Source of the DNA: Chloroflexota bacterium
GTDB lineage: Bacteria > Chloroflexota > Anaerolineae > Anaerolineales > UBA11579
Assembly (NCBI GenBank): GCA_023485685.1
Contig: JAMCZK010000038.1
Span: 1,594-65,593, forward strand
Length of the DNA: 64,000 nt
Direction: 5' to 3'
The position numbers were made by a program, and so were the translations under genes. Below are positions 19,376 to 28,752 of this stretch, piece after piece. The notes under the pieces are model-generated. The model was not told the DNA's origin, ran no database searches, and saw nothing but the letters and a program-made list of their open reading frames with translations. The stretch's first letter is position 1; every line of letters begins with the position of its first letter.

Positions 19376-20809
19376 TTACGGCTGAGCCGGGTCCCATGTG
19401 ATCGTCCAGTCGCCGGGAACAAGCACATCCAACCAGACAACCGCAAACGACATTGGATCGGCGGGATAATCGCCTTCGATCGCATAGCTGCTGGTAAAGG
19501 GCACATTTGTTTGCGGAGTGCCCCCTCCGCCGCCAAAGCCCATGGGCGGGTGATTGACATCGAAGATCTGCGCGCCGATAACATTCGAATCAGATGTCAT
19601 CGTGAAAACAAAGGACCAAGCGGCAGGGTCTTCTTGATATTGCGCCGAAACGATCTTCACTATATGGCCAGCAACAGGCACGTCGAGATTCAGATCCCAG
19701 GTTTGGCCATTCTGCGGATCCAGCCCTGGGTCGAACTGGAAACGCGCCTCGGAAGGAATACGCAACTGGATGTAAAAATTCAGGCTTAGCGGAACTACGA
19801 ATTCCTTGGTCAAGATTCTAAAAGCCCAGCCGTTGCGAAGCTCTCTAGGCTGTGTGTTCATCTCAGGCTGAGTGCGTTCGAATTCGATCAAATGCCCTTC
19901 GGCATCTTTCACCGTGAGGAGGTCCACGAAAAGGTCCTGCGGGAGAATCGAAACGTCAATCCATTGAGCGCTGCCCATGAGGATATAGCCATCGGGCAAT
20001 TCAACAGCCTTGTCGAGCGTGATCGAAATCCCATACGCCGGCTGCGCAGTTTGTTCGCCAGCGCCACCCACTATGGTGACGGTGGGCGTGGGTTCATAAG
20101 CGAACACCGGAAAAGAGACCTGCGCCGGATCCCCCTCTTTGAATTGGATAGGGATTGTCCAATTCTCAGGCCCCGCGCCGGGCAGCATCCCCGCAAGGCG
20201 AGTGAGTTCCAGCGTCACTTCCGTGACGCCAGTGGGCAAGGGCCCGAACTCCAGAGCGTACAAAATTCCCGCGCCATCAGAGGGTTGCCGGTGTCCAACG
20301 ACCACATCTAATTTTCTCCCGTCGGGTAACCGCAAGGCCGGGCGGTCCTCGGGATAGGTCTCTGGGGCTTGATAGTTTTCGTAATCAACAGGTTCTTCGA
20401 CGTGGCGATAGACCACCACCGTTTTTTCGGAGGTGGCTACTGCCAATTCCAGCGTAAGGGTGACCCCGTCGCGTTGGATCATCACTGGTTCGGCCAAAAC
20501 AAGAATGGTGGAACCCTGGTCGACGATGCCGGCTCCAGGAATGTAGCCAAAGAGCATCTGCAAGGCCCTGGCCACCGTAGGAGAGAAGGCTAGTAGCGCG
20601 ACAACCAGGATCAGAATGACTGCATAGGCCAGAGTCCGACGCGCAGAGGATTTCCGCAAAAATGAAAGCGGCTTAGTTTCCGCTGCGACTCTCCCCGCAG
20701 AAACAAATCGAGCGCGGGTTTCCTCAAGGAACTTGCTATCCGGCTCAGGGATGGCAAAAATTTTTCGCAACATTTGCTCAAATTCATCCATCGGGATGGG
20801 ATTAAACAT
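19376..20809 (-). CDS. Putative anti-sigma factor (single TM, DUF4179-like extracytoplasmic domains)
   Basis: Overlaps sigma stop; short N-terminus, TM, LFGYIPG.G.V motif, beta-rich repeats. Confidence 0.7.
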   Translation of the reverse strand: MFNPIPMDEFEQMLRKIFAIPEPDSKFLEETRARFVSAGRVAAETKPLSFLRKSSARRTLAYAVILILVVALLAFSPTVARALQMLFGYIPGAGIVDQGSTILVLAEPVMIQRDGVTLTLELAVATSEKTVVVYRHVEEPVDYENYQAPETYPEDRPALRLPDGRKLDVVVGHRQPSDGAGILYALEFGPLPTGVTEVTLELTRLAGMLPGAGPENWTIPIQFKEGDPAQVSFPVFAYEPTPTVTIVGGAGEQTAQPAYGISITLDKAVELPDGYILMGSAQWIDVSILPQDLFVDLLTVKDAEGHLIEFERTQPEMNTQPRELRNGWAFRILTKEFVVPLSLNFYIQLRIPSEARFQFDPGLDPQNGQTWDLNLDVPVAGHIVKIVSAQYQEDPAAWSFVFTMTSDSNVIGAQIFDVNHPPMGFGGGGGTPQTNVPFTSSYAIEGDYPADPMSFAVVWLDVLVPGDWTITWDPAQP

Positions 20810-21362
20810 GTGGCACCTCGATCTGGCTATACAAACGCTCCAGGATGCGGCTCAGGGATTTACGCACCGCGTCTTCTCTGCGTGCGAGCATTACGGCGAT
20901 CTCGACGAAAGACATTTCCGCAACATAGCGCAAGCGGATTAATTCGCGCTCGTCTTCTTCCAAAGTTTTTAGCAACGCGGAGAGTTTTGCGTAGGTTTGA
21001 TCTTGAATAATCTGATCCAGAACTCCATCGGTATGGGCAGTATCCAATGGAATGTCGATTGGATCGCGGCGTTGTTTCCGGAAAAAATCAATGATCTTGC
21101 TATAGGCGATGCGAAAAATCCAGGCCGAAAAATGGCCGCGATGGCGATAACGCGGCAGCGCCTCGATCACCGCCATAAAAGTCTGCGCGGTCAGATCTTC
21201 GGCGTCATCTGCATTTCCCACCCGGCTGTAGCTGTACCGATAGATATCGCGCGCGTAATTGTCGTAGATCTGCGCCAGGGTAGCTGTGTTGCCCGAGACA
21301 GCTTGCGCGATGAGGGCATCGTCTATTTCAATACGTTTAGGGGTAGGTTGGTTTTTCTCCAT
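20802..21362 (-). CDS. ECF RNA polymerase sigma factor
   Basis: DAEDLTAQTF, FSAWIFRIA, region 4 RELIRLRY..EMSFVEIA. Confidence 0.93.
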   Translation of the reverse strand: MEKNQPTPKRIEIDDALIAQAVSGNTATLAQIYDNYARDIYRYSYSRVGNADDAEDLTAQTFMAVIEALPRYRHRGHFSAWIFRIAYSKIIDFFRKQRRDPIDIPLDTAHTDGVLDQIIQDQTYAKLSALLKTLEEDERELIRLRYVAEMSFVEIAVMLARREDAVRKSLSRILERLYSQIEVPHV

Positions 21363-21381
21363 GCGGAGTTCCCAGTAATAT

Positions 21382-21407
21382 AACGATATCCCCCTTGAAA
21401 ACGGACA
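21382..21407 (-). promoter_or_regulatory. Putative autoregulatory ECF promoter
   Basis: TGTCCG-N16-CGTT upstream of the sigma ATG. Confidence 0.45.
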
Positions 21408-21502
21408 ACAAACTGGAACTTTACATCATCAGGTCTGTATCGATCATGGTCAGGGATTGAGCCAACAGATCTGAGAGGAAAATGTGGTAGGTAGGCGTTA
21501 GT

Positions 21503-22096
21503 TTAGGTCTTGCTCTTAGCTTTGACGATTTGCGTTACCTTATCCGGCACCCAGCGGCCTTCCTCGTTCTGGCGTTCGGTGTACCTGGCTACCCAATGTC
21601 CCTTGGGCTTATTTTCCTTGAGCGGGTCGAGCGCCTCGGCAATGCCCGCGGCCTCCAGGGTCTCCGGCCAGCAGGTGACGCCGAACTTCTTGAACTTGCC
21701 GCCCTTCACCACCCAACGCGGGTGCTCACCGCCGGCCGCTAGCTGGATGCTCTCCAGCTCGAAGGTTTTCCCAGGTCGGTGTCCAGTGCCGTTCGCTCCG
21801 TCGGCTAGAGAACGGGCTTCTTGTTTGGAGCCTGTCCCGAGCGAGCCACCGGGAGCCTGCCCTGACCCCGAGCGAAGCGAGGGGGAACGGGGCGACGAGG
21901 GGTTCTCCAACGCGTCCGTGTCTTCCGGACGCAACCATTCTTTCCACCCATTCTCGCCGAGCAGCTTTACGAACTGCTTCACGCGGGCGATGAACTCCTT
22001 ATCCGATTGGTTGTCAGCTTGTCGAAGGGTGAACTGATCCTTATTGCCCCCGGGGCTACGAAAGTAGCCATTGAAACTTGCCTTTGCCTCATTCAT
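21503..22096 (-). CDS. Hypothetical protein with in-frame palindromic insert
   Basis: GGAG RBS; two globular-looking halves joined by repeat-derived linker (21827-21905). Confidence 0.7.
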   Translation of the reverse strand: MNEAKASFNGYFRSPGGNKDQFTLRQADNQSDKEFIARVKQFVKLLGENGWKEWLRPEDTDALENPSSPRSPSLRSGSGQAPGGSLGTGSKQEARSLADGANGTGHRPGKTFELESIQLAAGGEHPRWVVKGGKFKKFGVTCWPETLEAAGIAEALDPLKENKPKGHWVARYTERQNEEGRWVPDKVTQIVKAKSKT

Positions 22097-22257
22097 CTTT
22101 ACTCCTGTTCCACTTGTTTGCGAAAGTCAGGAAGTCCTGAAACCCAGTGGTCCTGAAGTCGACATCAAGACCTCAGGGCTTCCAGACTTCAAGACCTTGC
22201 CCTCTCAGCAGCAATTACAATGGCACAGTTGCGTAGAGAGGACTTCAAGGTTACAAT

Positions 22258-22271
22258 AAAACAAGTGTTCT
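22258..22271. promoter_or_regulatory. Putative LexA (SOS) box
   Basis: aAAAC-AAGT-GTTCt, one mismatch from GAAC-N4-GTTC; its 13-mer reverse complement occurs at 46104-46116. Confidence 0.6.
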
Positions 22272-22280
22272 ACGATTAGT

Positions 22281-23459
22281 ATGCCACTCGATTTCATCTC
22301 TGTCAAGCAGCAAATCCGCGAAATAGCCAAAAATGCCCCGGCCGAAGCCGAGCGCATCAACCGGCTCCGCAGCCAGGCCCGCGATCTGCTGGCCGCCAAT
22401 GCCGACAAGGGCGCCGCGCTGCGCGCCAGGGTTGAGCAGGCTGCCCGCCTGGATAGCTGGCTGCGTTCCGCCAAACCCACCGACGAGCCGTTAACCTCCG
22501 CCCACCCGCTGCCCAAGGCGCCTGCGCAGGCCACCGTCGTCGCCGCCGACGGCTCGCAGATCAACCCCAATCGCCACCAGGCGGTGAACTACTTCCTGGT
22601 CAATATTGGCGCCATCACTATGCTCGCCGGCAGCGGGCAGCCGCCAAACCTGCGCACCGATAGTTACCTGCATTTCGCGGAATACTCCGCCAGCGGCACC
22701 TACAGCGACGACCAGGTCGGCCTCGAACGCGACAAAGGCGAGCGCGTCCTGCTCGCCCAACTGGCTGCCGCAGCCAAAGAGCAGCCGGTCATCACCCTCA
22801 CCGACGGTCCGCTGGAGCTTTGGGGCGGACGCAGCCGCGACCCCGAAGAGATCGCCAGCTTCGAGAAAAATCTCAACAAATATCTAGAGGCGCTCGAAGC
22901 CCTTCACAAGACGGGCGCCGCTACCGCGGGCTACGTCGACAAACCCCGCGCCGACCTGGTCGTGCGCGCCCTGGAAGTCGCCGCCACGCCCGACACCCAG
23001 CTTGCCGATATCCGCAAGCAGCGCCCGCTGCGCGGCGTCACCGACAACGATTTGTTCGCCGGCATCCTCAAGCCCGGCGAGCGCTCGGCGATCTTTGGAT
23101 TGCAGACCCACCTATCTGATCGCTATGCCGACTCGTTGGCGCTGCACTTCTTCTATTTAAACGTGGGCAGCGAGAAGGCGCCCTGGCTGGCCCGCGTCGA
23201 GATCCCCGCGTGGGTGATGGCTAACAGCGACTCATTGAATGCATTGCACGCAGTGCTCATGCAGCAGTGTGGCATCCTCGCCGGACGGCCGTACCCCTAC
23301 GTGCTGCACCGTGCCCACGAGATCGCCATCGTCTCGCGTGAAGAGAAGGAACAGCTTACCAATATGCTGGTCGGCGAACTGCAGGCGCAGGGCGTGCACG
23401 TTGGCAGCGCTTCGCACAAGCAAGCACTGAAAGATTTGCCGGGAAGAACGAGAAGATAA
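22281..23459 (+). CDS. nurA: NurA-family nuclease
   Basis: VVAADGSQI, LTDGPL, ARVEIP, PYPYVLHRAHEIA. Confidence 0.88.
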   Translation: MPLDFISVKQQIREIAKNAPAEAERINRLRSQARDLLAANADKGAALRARVEQAARLDSWLRSAKPTDEPLTSAHPLPKAPAQATVVAADGSQINPNRHQAVNYFLVNIGAITMLAGSGQPPNLRTDSYLHFAEYSASGTYSDDQVGLERDKGERVLLAQLAAAAKEQPVITLTDGPLELWGGRSRDPEEIASFEKNLNKYLEALEALHKTGAATAGYVDKPRADLVVRALEVAATPDTQLADIRKQRPLRGVTDNDLFAGILKPGERSAIFGLQTHLSDRYADSLALHFFYLNVGSEKAPWLARVEIPAWVMANSDSLNALHAVLMQQCGILAGRPYPYVLHRAHEIAIVSREEKEQLTNMLVGELQAQGVHVGSASHKQALKDLPGRTRR

Positions 23460-23533
23460 AAACGTCCAACGTCCCACGTACCAACGTCGGCGACAGACGT
23501 GGGACGTTGGACCTGGGACAAAGGAATAATTTT

Positions 23534-24151
23534 ATGGCTGAAAAAAGTTATCAAATCGGTTATCTACTGCGCTCGGGCATCACTGGCTTTGTGGCTGGCT
23601 GCCCGATTGTTGATCAGGAGGTGCCGCGCTTCGGAGAACTGGTGCGCGCTCCGCTCGGCGAGAAGGACAGCATCTACGGCATTGTGCACGACCTCAGCAT
23701 CGTGGACGATGGCCTGGTGCGCCAACTGGTCACCAGCCAGGGTGTGGATCCCACGGTGATCGCTGATAATCGCACCAATCGCACCGTGCCGATGGAGATC
23801 AGCGTGCTGGCGGTCGGTTACCGGCGCGACGGCGCCATCCGCCATCTGCTGCCGCCGCGCGCCCCATTGAGTCTCGATCTCATTTGGCAATGCAGCCCCG
23901 AAGAACTGGTCGCCTTCACCAACGCGGGGCGCTTCGGCTACCTGCGGCATCTGTTGCGCAACCCGGATCTTCCGGTCGCAGAGCTCATCGCCGCGCACGT
24001 GCAGATGGCAACAGAAGCCAACAACGCAGCGGGCAAGAAAGAATGGCGAGAGAAGGCCACACAAGAGATCATCGCGCTGCTACGAGACGACTATGAAATG
24101 TTGATGCAGGTGCTTTCCGCGCTTTCAGATGCAATAGAAACGTCGCCATGA
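23534..24151 (+). CDS. HAS-barrel domain protein
   Basis: PRFGELV..IYGIVHD..VLAVGY..HLLPPRAP; lies between nurA and herA. Confidence 0.7.
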   Translation: MAEKSYQIGYLLRSGITGFVAGCPIVDQEVPRFGELVRAPLGEKDSIYGIVHDLSIVDDGLVRQLVTSQGVDPTVIADNRTNRTVPMEISVLAVGYRRDGAIRHLLPPRAPLSLDLIWQCSPEELVAFTNAGRFGYLRHLLRNPDLPVAELIAAHVQMATEANNAAGKKEWREKATQEIIALLRDDYEMLMQVLSALSDAIETSP

Positions 24152-24158
24152 CTCCTCC

Positions 24159-24310
24159 CGTCATTGCGAGGAGGGCGTCTAGCGCCGCTTTTAACGGCGC
24201 TGCCCGAACGAAGCAATCTCCCCCAACAAATAGGCAATTACCCATGCTTTCTTTTAGTTTCCTAAACCCGTCATTGCGACCCCGAGCGAAGCGAGGGGGA
24301 AGCAATCTCC
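24159..24310. repeat. Two CGTC-tagged palindromes upstream of GIY-YIG gene
   Basis: cgtcattgcga...gaagcaatctc at 24159-24220 and 24269-24310. Confidence 0.88.
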
Positions 24311-24331
24311 CCTACTGAAATAGAAATTACT

Positions 24332-24628
24332 ATGCCGCGCCAAGGATTCTTCTACATTATGACCAACAAATACAACACAGTTCTATATTGTGGCGTGACC
24401 AATAACCTTGCGCGCAGAGTCGCGGAACACAAAGAGAAACCAGGCAATACGTTCGTTGGCCGATATTTATTGAACAAACTTGTCTATTACGAACTAACGG
24501 AACGCATTATCGATGCAATAGAACGAGAAAAGCAGATTAAGGGCGGTTCGAGGCAAAAGAAGATCGACTTGATAAACAGCCTTAACCCTGCATGGAAAGA
24601 CTTGTATGATGAAGTCCTTGAGGATTAG
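24332..24628 (+). CDS. Stand-alone GIY-YIG nuclease (UPF0213-like)
   Basis: FYIMTN..LYCGVTNNLARRVAEH..LVYYE..AIEREKQIK..NPAWKDL. Confidence 0.9.
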   Translation: MPRQGFFYIMTNKYNTVLYCGVTNNLARRVAEHKEKPGNTFVGRYLLNKLVYYELTERIIDAIEREKQIKGGSRQKKIDLINSLNPAWKDLYDEVLED

Positions 24629-24640
24629 TAATCCGTGGTG

Positions 24641-25096
24641 GAGAGTGCTTCGCGGCGTCACGCCGCCTTCGGCGTCTTATCTGCTCGCAACGACGGGTTT
24701 GCTTTCAACGTCATTGCGAGGAGGGCGTTTAGCGCCGCTTTTAACGGCGCTGCCCGAACGAAGCAATCTCCCGGCTGGATTCCAAGCAATGCAGGAGATT
24801 GCTTCGCGGCATCACGCCTTGCCTGACGGCAGGCTTACTGGCTCGCAATGACGAACTACACACCGAATCCGTCATTGCGAGGAGGGCGCCCAGCGCCGCC
24901 TTTAGCGGCGCTGCCTGAACGAAGCAATCTCCCGGCTGGATTCCAAGCAATGCAGGAGATTGCTTCGCGGCGTCACGCCGCCTCCGGCGTCTTACTGGCT
25001 CGCAATGACGGGGTTGGGGTTGCTTCGTCGGGCTTGCTCCGCAAAGCCACTCCTCGCAACGGCGGAAAGCAAGCTTTCCTTGGCTCGCAATGACGG
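24641..25096. repeat. Array of CGTC-tagged palindromes including two near-identical ~140-bp inverted dimers
   Basis: Units 24709-24853 and 24870-25010 share the spacer ccggctggattccaagcaatgcagg; half units at 24641-24696 and 25018-25096. Confidence 0.9.
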
Positions 25097-25176
25097 AGTG
25101 TGATCATGGCAAATCAAATATCTGAGATCATAAATCTTAAATCATAAATTCTTTGGATTTTTTCTAGGAGCGAATA

Positions 25177-26850
25177 ATGGTTGAGGAAATACAAGGCAGA
25201 AAGCAGATCGGCTTCGTCGTCGGCGGCACACTGAAGGACGGCCTAACGGTCCGCTTGCAGGTGCCGGCGCAAGACGTGCAGGAAGGCGCGTTCGTGGTGA
25301 TCGAGTCGAATGATTGGATCTTCCATGGCCTGGTCACCGACCTGCAGCTGGGCTCCACCGATCCGCGCTTCGCCGATGAGCAGTCCGGCACGCGGCTACC
25401 CGCCGAGCTCGCCAGCCTGCTCCAGGGCCAGACGCTGTTCACCAACCTGCAAGTCCTGCCGGCGCTGATGATCACCGGCGGCGATGACCCGCAGGGTCCG
25501 CTGCCGGTCAAGACCGTGCCGTCGCATCACGCGCCGGTCATGCTCGCCTCCGAGGGCGACATCGCCGAGATCTTCGGCAAGCCGGATGCCAAGGGCAACT
25601 TCGTCATCGGCTCCACCCGCGAACAGGGGCACCCGGTGGCCATCGACCTGCGCAAATTCATCCAGCGCTCCTCCGGCATCTTCGGCGCCACCGGCACCGG
25701 CAAGAGCTTCCTCACCCGCCTGCTGCTGGCCGGCCTCATCCACCACAACGCCGCCTCCGTGTTGGTGCTGGACATGCACAACGAGTACGCCTACAACGAC
25801 CAGGACGAGAACGGCAACCCGGTCACCGGCCTCAAGACCAAGTTCGGCAATAAGATCAAAGTCGTCGGCCTGGGCGCGGGCGCCGCCATCCGCGGCTCCG
25901 TCCCAGACTTCAACCTGGAGATCGCCATGAGCGATATCCAGCCAGAAGACATCGAGCTGCTCACCCGCGAGCTCAACCTCAAGGAGACCACGCCGGCAAC
26001 GCTGGACGCGCTGATTGCTACTTTTGGGCGCCAGAACTGGTTCAAGCAATTCAAGGAGCTCAAGAACGGCGCGGTCATCCAAACCGACGAAGGCTCGCCA
26101 GGTAAACCTGGCGCACGCGTCCCGGCGCCCGATTCCGTGGCCGCCTGGGCAGACGAGCACGGCGTCAACGTGATGGCGGCCGAGGGCCTGCACAACAAGC
26201 TGGGCCGCGTGTTCCGCCTGCCCTACGTCACCGAGCGCCCCGCCGCCGACACCATCGGCAACATCATCGACACGCTGGAGAAGGGCAGCCACGTGGTGCT
26301 CTCCTTTGGCAACCACGAGACCGACCTGGACTACTTGCTGGTGAGCAACCTGCTCACCCGCCGCATCCGCCAGCGCTGGGAGCAGGCCACCAACGACTAT
26401 CGCAGCAGCAACAAAGCCGAGCCGCGCCCGCTGGTGATCGCCGTGGAGGAGGCGCACAAGCTGCTCAACCGCGAGATGGCGGTGCAGACCACCTTCAGCA
26501 CCATTGCCCGCGAGCTGCGCAAGTATTACGTCACCCTGCTGATCATCGACCAGCGCCCCAGCCAGATCTACGACGAAGTGATGTCTCAATTAGGAACAAG
26601 AGTGTCAGGGTGGCTCGGTGATGAAGATGACATTCGAGCGGTACTCTCTGGACTCGCGGGGAGAGATGCACTCCGAGGAATGCTGGCCAGATTACAACCC
26701 AAAGAAGAAGTCCTCCTACTCGGCTGGGGCGTACCAATGCCGTTGCCGGTGCGGAGCAGAAGGTACGACGATAAGTTCTGGGAGGAGTTGCTGGGCAAAG
26801 GCGGCGGGAAGAAGAGGGAGAAGGAGATCAAGGAGGAGTTGGGTTTCTGA
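25177..26850 (+). CDS. herA: HerA-family ATPase/helicase
   Basis: N-terminal HAS barrel, GATGTGKS, LDMHNEY, EEAH, ARELRKY..DQRPS. Confidence 0.9.
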   Translation: MVEEIQGRKQIGFVVGGTLKDGLTVRLQVPAQDVQEGAFVVIESNDWIFHGLVTDLQLGSTDPRFADEQSGTRLPAELASLLQGQTLFTNLQVLPALMITGGDDPQGPLPVKTVPSHHAPVMLASEGDIAEIFGKPDAKGNFVIGSTREQGHPVAIDLRKFIQRSSGIFGATGTGKSFLTRLLLAGLIHHNAASVLVLDMHNEYAYNDQDENGNPVTGLKTKFGNKIKVVGLGAGAAIRGSVPDFNLEIAMSDIQPEDIELLTRELNLKETTPATLDALIATFGRQNWFKQFKELKNGAVIQTDEGSPGKPGARVPAPDSVAAWADEHGVNVMAAEGLHNKLGRVFRLPYVTERPAADTIGNIIDTLEKGSHVVLSFGNHETDLDYLLVSNLLTRRIRQRWEQATNDYRSSNKAEPRPLVIAVEEAHKLLNREMAVQTTFSTIARELRKYYVTLLIIDQRPSQIYDEVMSQLGTRVSGWLGDEDDIRAVLSGLAGRDALRGMLARLQPKEEVLLLGWGVPMPLPVRSRRYDDKFWEELLGKGGGKKREKEIKEELGF

Positions 26851-26877
26851 GTTTCTGGTATAAAGAAATAAGAACAT

Positions 26878-27734
26878 ATGGTGAAAACAAAACTTTACCT
26901 GGGCGATTGCGCTGATATCCTCAATCAGTTGAAGACAACTCAATTGATTTGATTTTTACCTCACCGCCCTATGCTGACAGCAGGAAAGACACGTACGGAG
27001 GAATTCATCCCGACGAGTATGTAAATTGGTTCCTACCCATCACGAAAGAATTATTCCGCGTTCTAAAACCTACAGGAACTTTTGTATTAAACATCAAGGA
27101 ACGTGTCGTTGAAAGTGAACGACATACTTATGTGATTGAACTTATTCTCAATATGCGGGAACAGGGTTGGCTCTGGACCGAAGAACTAATATGGCACAAG
27201 AAGAATAGTCATCCAGGAAAATGGCCGAACCGCTTTAGGGATGCCTGGGAACGGCTCCTTCAGTTTAACAAGGCGAAGCAATTCAATATGTACCAGGAAG
27301 AGGTTATGGTTCCAGTTGGGAAATGGGCAACGACAAGACTAAAAAATCTTAGCAAAACTGATAAAGTTCGTGATCCCTCAAGGGTGGGAAGTGGTTTTGG
27401 TAAAAACGTTTCCAATTGGGTCGGTCGCGAAATGGTTTATCCAACAAACGTCCTGCATATGGCAACCGAAACAGGAAATAAAAACCACAGTGCGGTATTT
27501 CCAGAGGCACTACCGGAATGGTTTATAAAACTCTTTACACGAGAGGGCGACTGGGTTTTAGACCCGTTTATGGGTTCGGGGACCACGAATAAAGTTGCCC
27601 AGAGAATAGGCAGGAATTCAATTGGCATCGAAATCCTCTCCGAGTATTTCGATGTTGCAAAGAACCGAATTGACAAGAAACAGCTTATGCTATTTGAAAA
27701 GAAGGGGAAATATGAAACCAATCAAACTAAGTGA
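26878..27734 (+). CDS. Beta-class N4-C/N6-A DNA methyltransferase (single-base frameshift near 26933)
   Basis: MVKTKLYLGDC in one frame joins SIDLIFTSPPY...LDPFMGSGTT in another. Confidence 0.88.
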
Positions 27735-28445
27735 AGTGTCGAATTATGTTCAAAAGAATATTGGTTCGTTTCACGCAAAGAGATTGCTGCGCCTAAACAG
27801 TCTCAACTCAAGACAGTACTAAAAAGAAAAAATCCCTATTTATTTAAGGCGAAAAATCTGGGGGTGGCTCATGGTCTGGTAAAAGTCTTAGTTGACGCAC
27901 ATCTTTCATCTCAGGAAGAAACAATTTTTGGCGATTTCCTAGAAGGCTTGGCTATTTTTATATCTAGTAAGGTATACGGTGGAAAGAAATCCGCTGCAGA
28001 GGGCATAGATTTAGAATTTTCTAGAGACGGGATTGTATACATCGTCGCAATTAAATCGGGTCCGAACTGGGGAAACAGTAGCCAGATTCGAAGAATGATT
28101 AATGACTTTAATTCTGCTACGAAAAGACTACATACGAGTCTGTCGACCCTCAATGTGAGGGCTGTTAATGGATGTTGTTACGGAATTGATAACAATCCTA
28201 ATAAAGGCACTTATGAAAAATTTTGCGGGCAGGCGTTTTGGGAATTTATTTCTGGAAACCCAGAACTTTATCTAGACATCATTGAACCTTTAGGACATCG
28301 GGCCAAACAAAAGAACGCTGCTTTTCAAAAGAGATATGACCAAATTTTAAATAGGTTCACTCAGGAATTTATCGAAGAATTTTGCGACGATGGAGTAATA
28401 AATTGGGAGAGACTTGTTAAATTCAACTCGAGTACAGTTCCTTAA
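27712..28445 (+). CDS. Type II restriction endonuclease, PmeII-like (single-base frameshift near 27806)
   Basis: MKPIKL..FHAKRL joins LKRKNPYLF..SSQEETIFGDFLE..GIDLEF..IKSGPNWGNSSQ..CGQAFWEFISG. Confidence 0.8.
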
Positions 28446-28460
28446 TTACGGGAGGTTGGC

Positions 28461-28688
28461 ATGGCAAGACGTCAGGGATCGCCTACATTTGGGCACAGAT
28501 ATGTTGGCAACAAGAACAATATGGAGGTTCACGACCTAGATAACGAGAAAACCGGCCAAAATCAATGTCAAATTGATGAGATCATAAGAGCTGGTAATGC
28601 AGTGATTTTCACACCTGACACACTATCCCAAGCTCATTCCGAGGGATACGACAATTGCGCCTATTGTCTAGGCAGTTCAACAAGATAA
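28461..28688 (+). CDS. Small His/Cys-containing protein (Ada-Zn-like pattern)
   Basis: GGAGG RBS; YVGN..EVHD..C..A..GYDNCAYC. Confidence 0.7.
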   Translation: MARRQGSPTFGHRYVGNKNNMEVHDLDNEKTGQNQCQIDEIIRAGNAVIFTPDTLSQAHSEGYDNCAYCLGSSTR

Positions 28689-28720
28689 AACAATACTGTA
28701 CTGCTCTCCCAATCTACTAT

Positions 28721-28752
28721 AAAAAGAGCCGTGTCCGTTGCACGGCTCTTTA
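28721..28752. terminator. Bidirectional rho-independent terminator
   Basis: aaaaagagccgtg-tccgttg-cacggctcttt. Confidence 0.75.

Noticed and set aside
24606-25093. Several 60-80-aa ORFs (SLRGGR.. repeats)
   Set aside because: Translations of CGTC palindromic repeats
24159-25096. CRISPR array
   Set aside because: Units are long inverted palindromic dimers with repeated, not unique, spacers; no cas genes
25396-26589. 397-aa antisense ORF within herA
   Set aside because: Shadow ORF expected from high GC3 codon usage; no motifs
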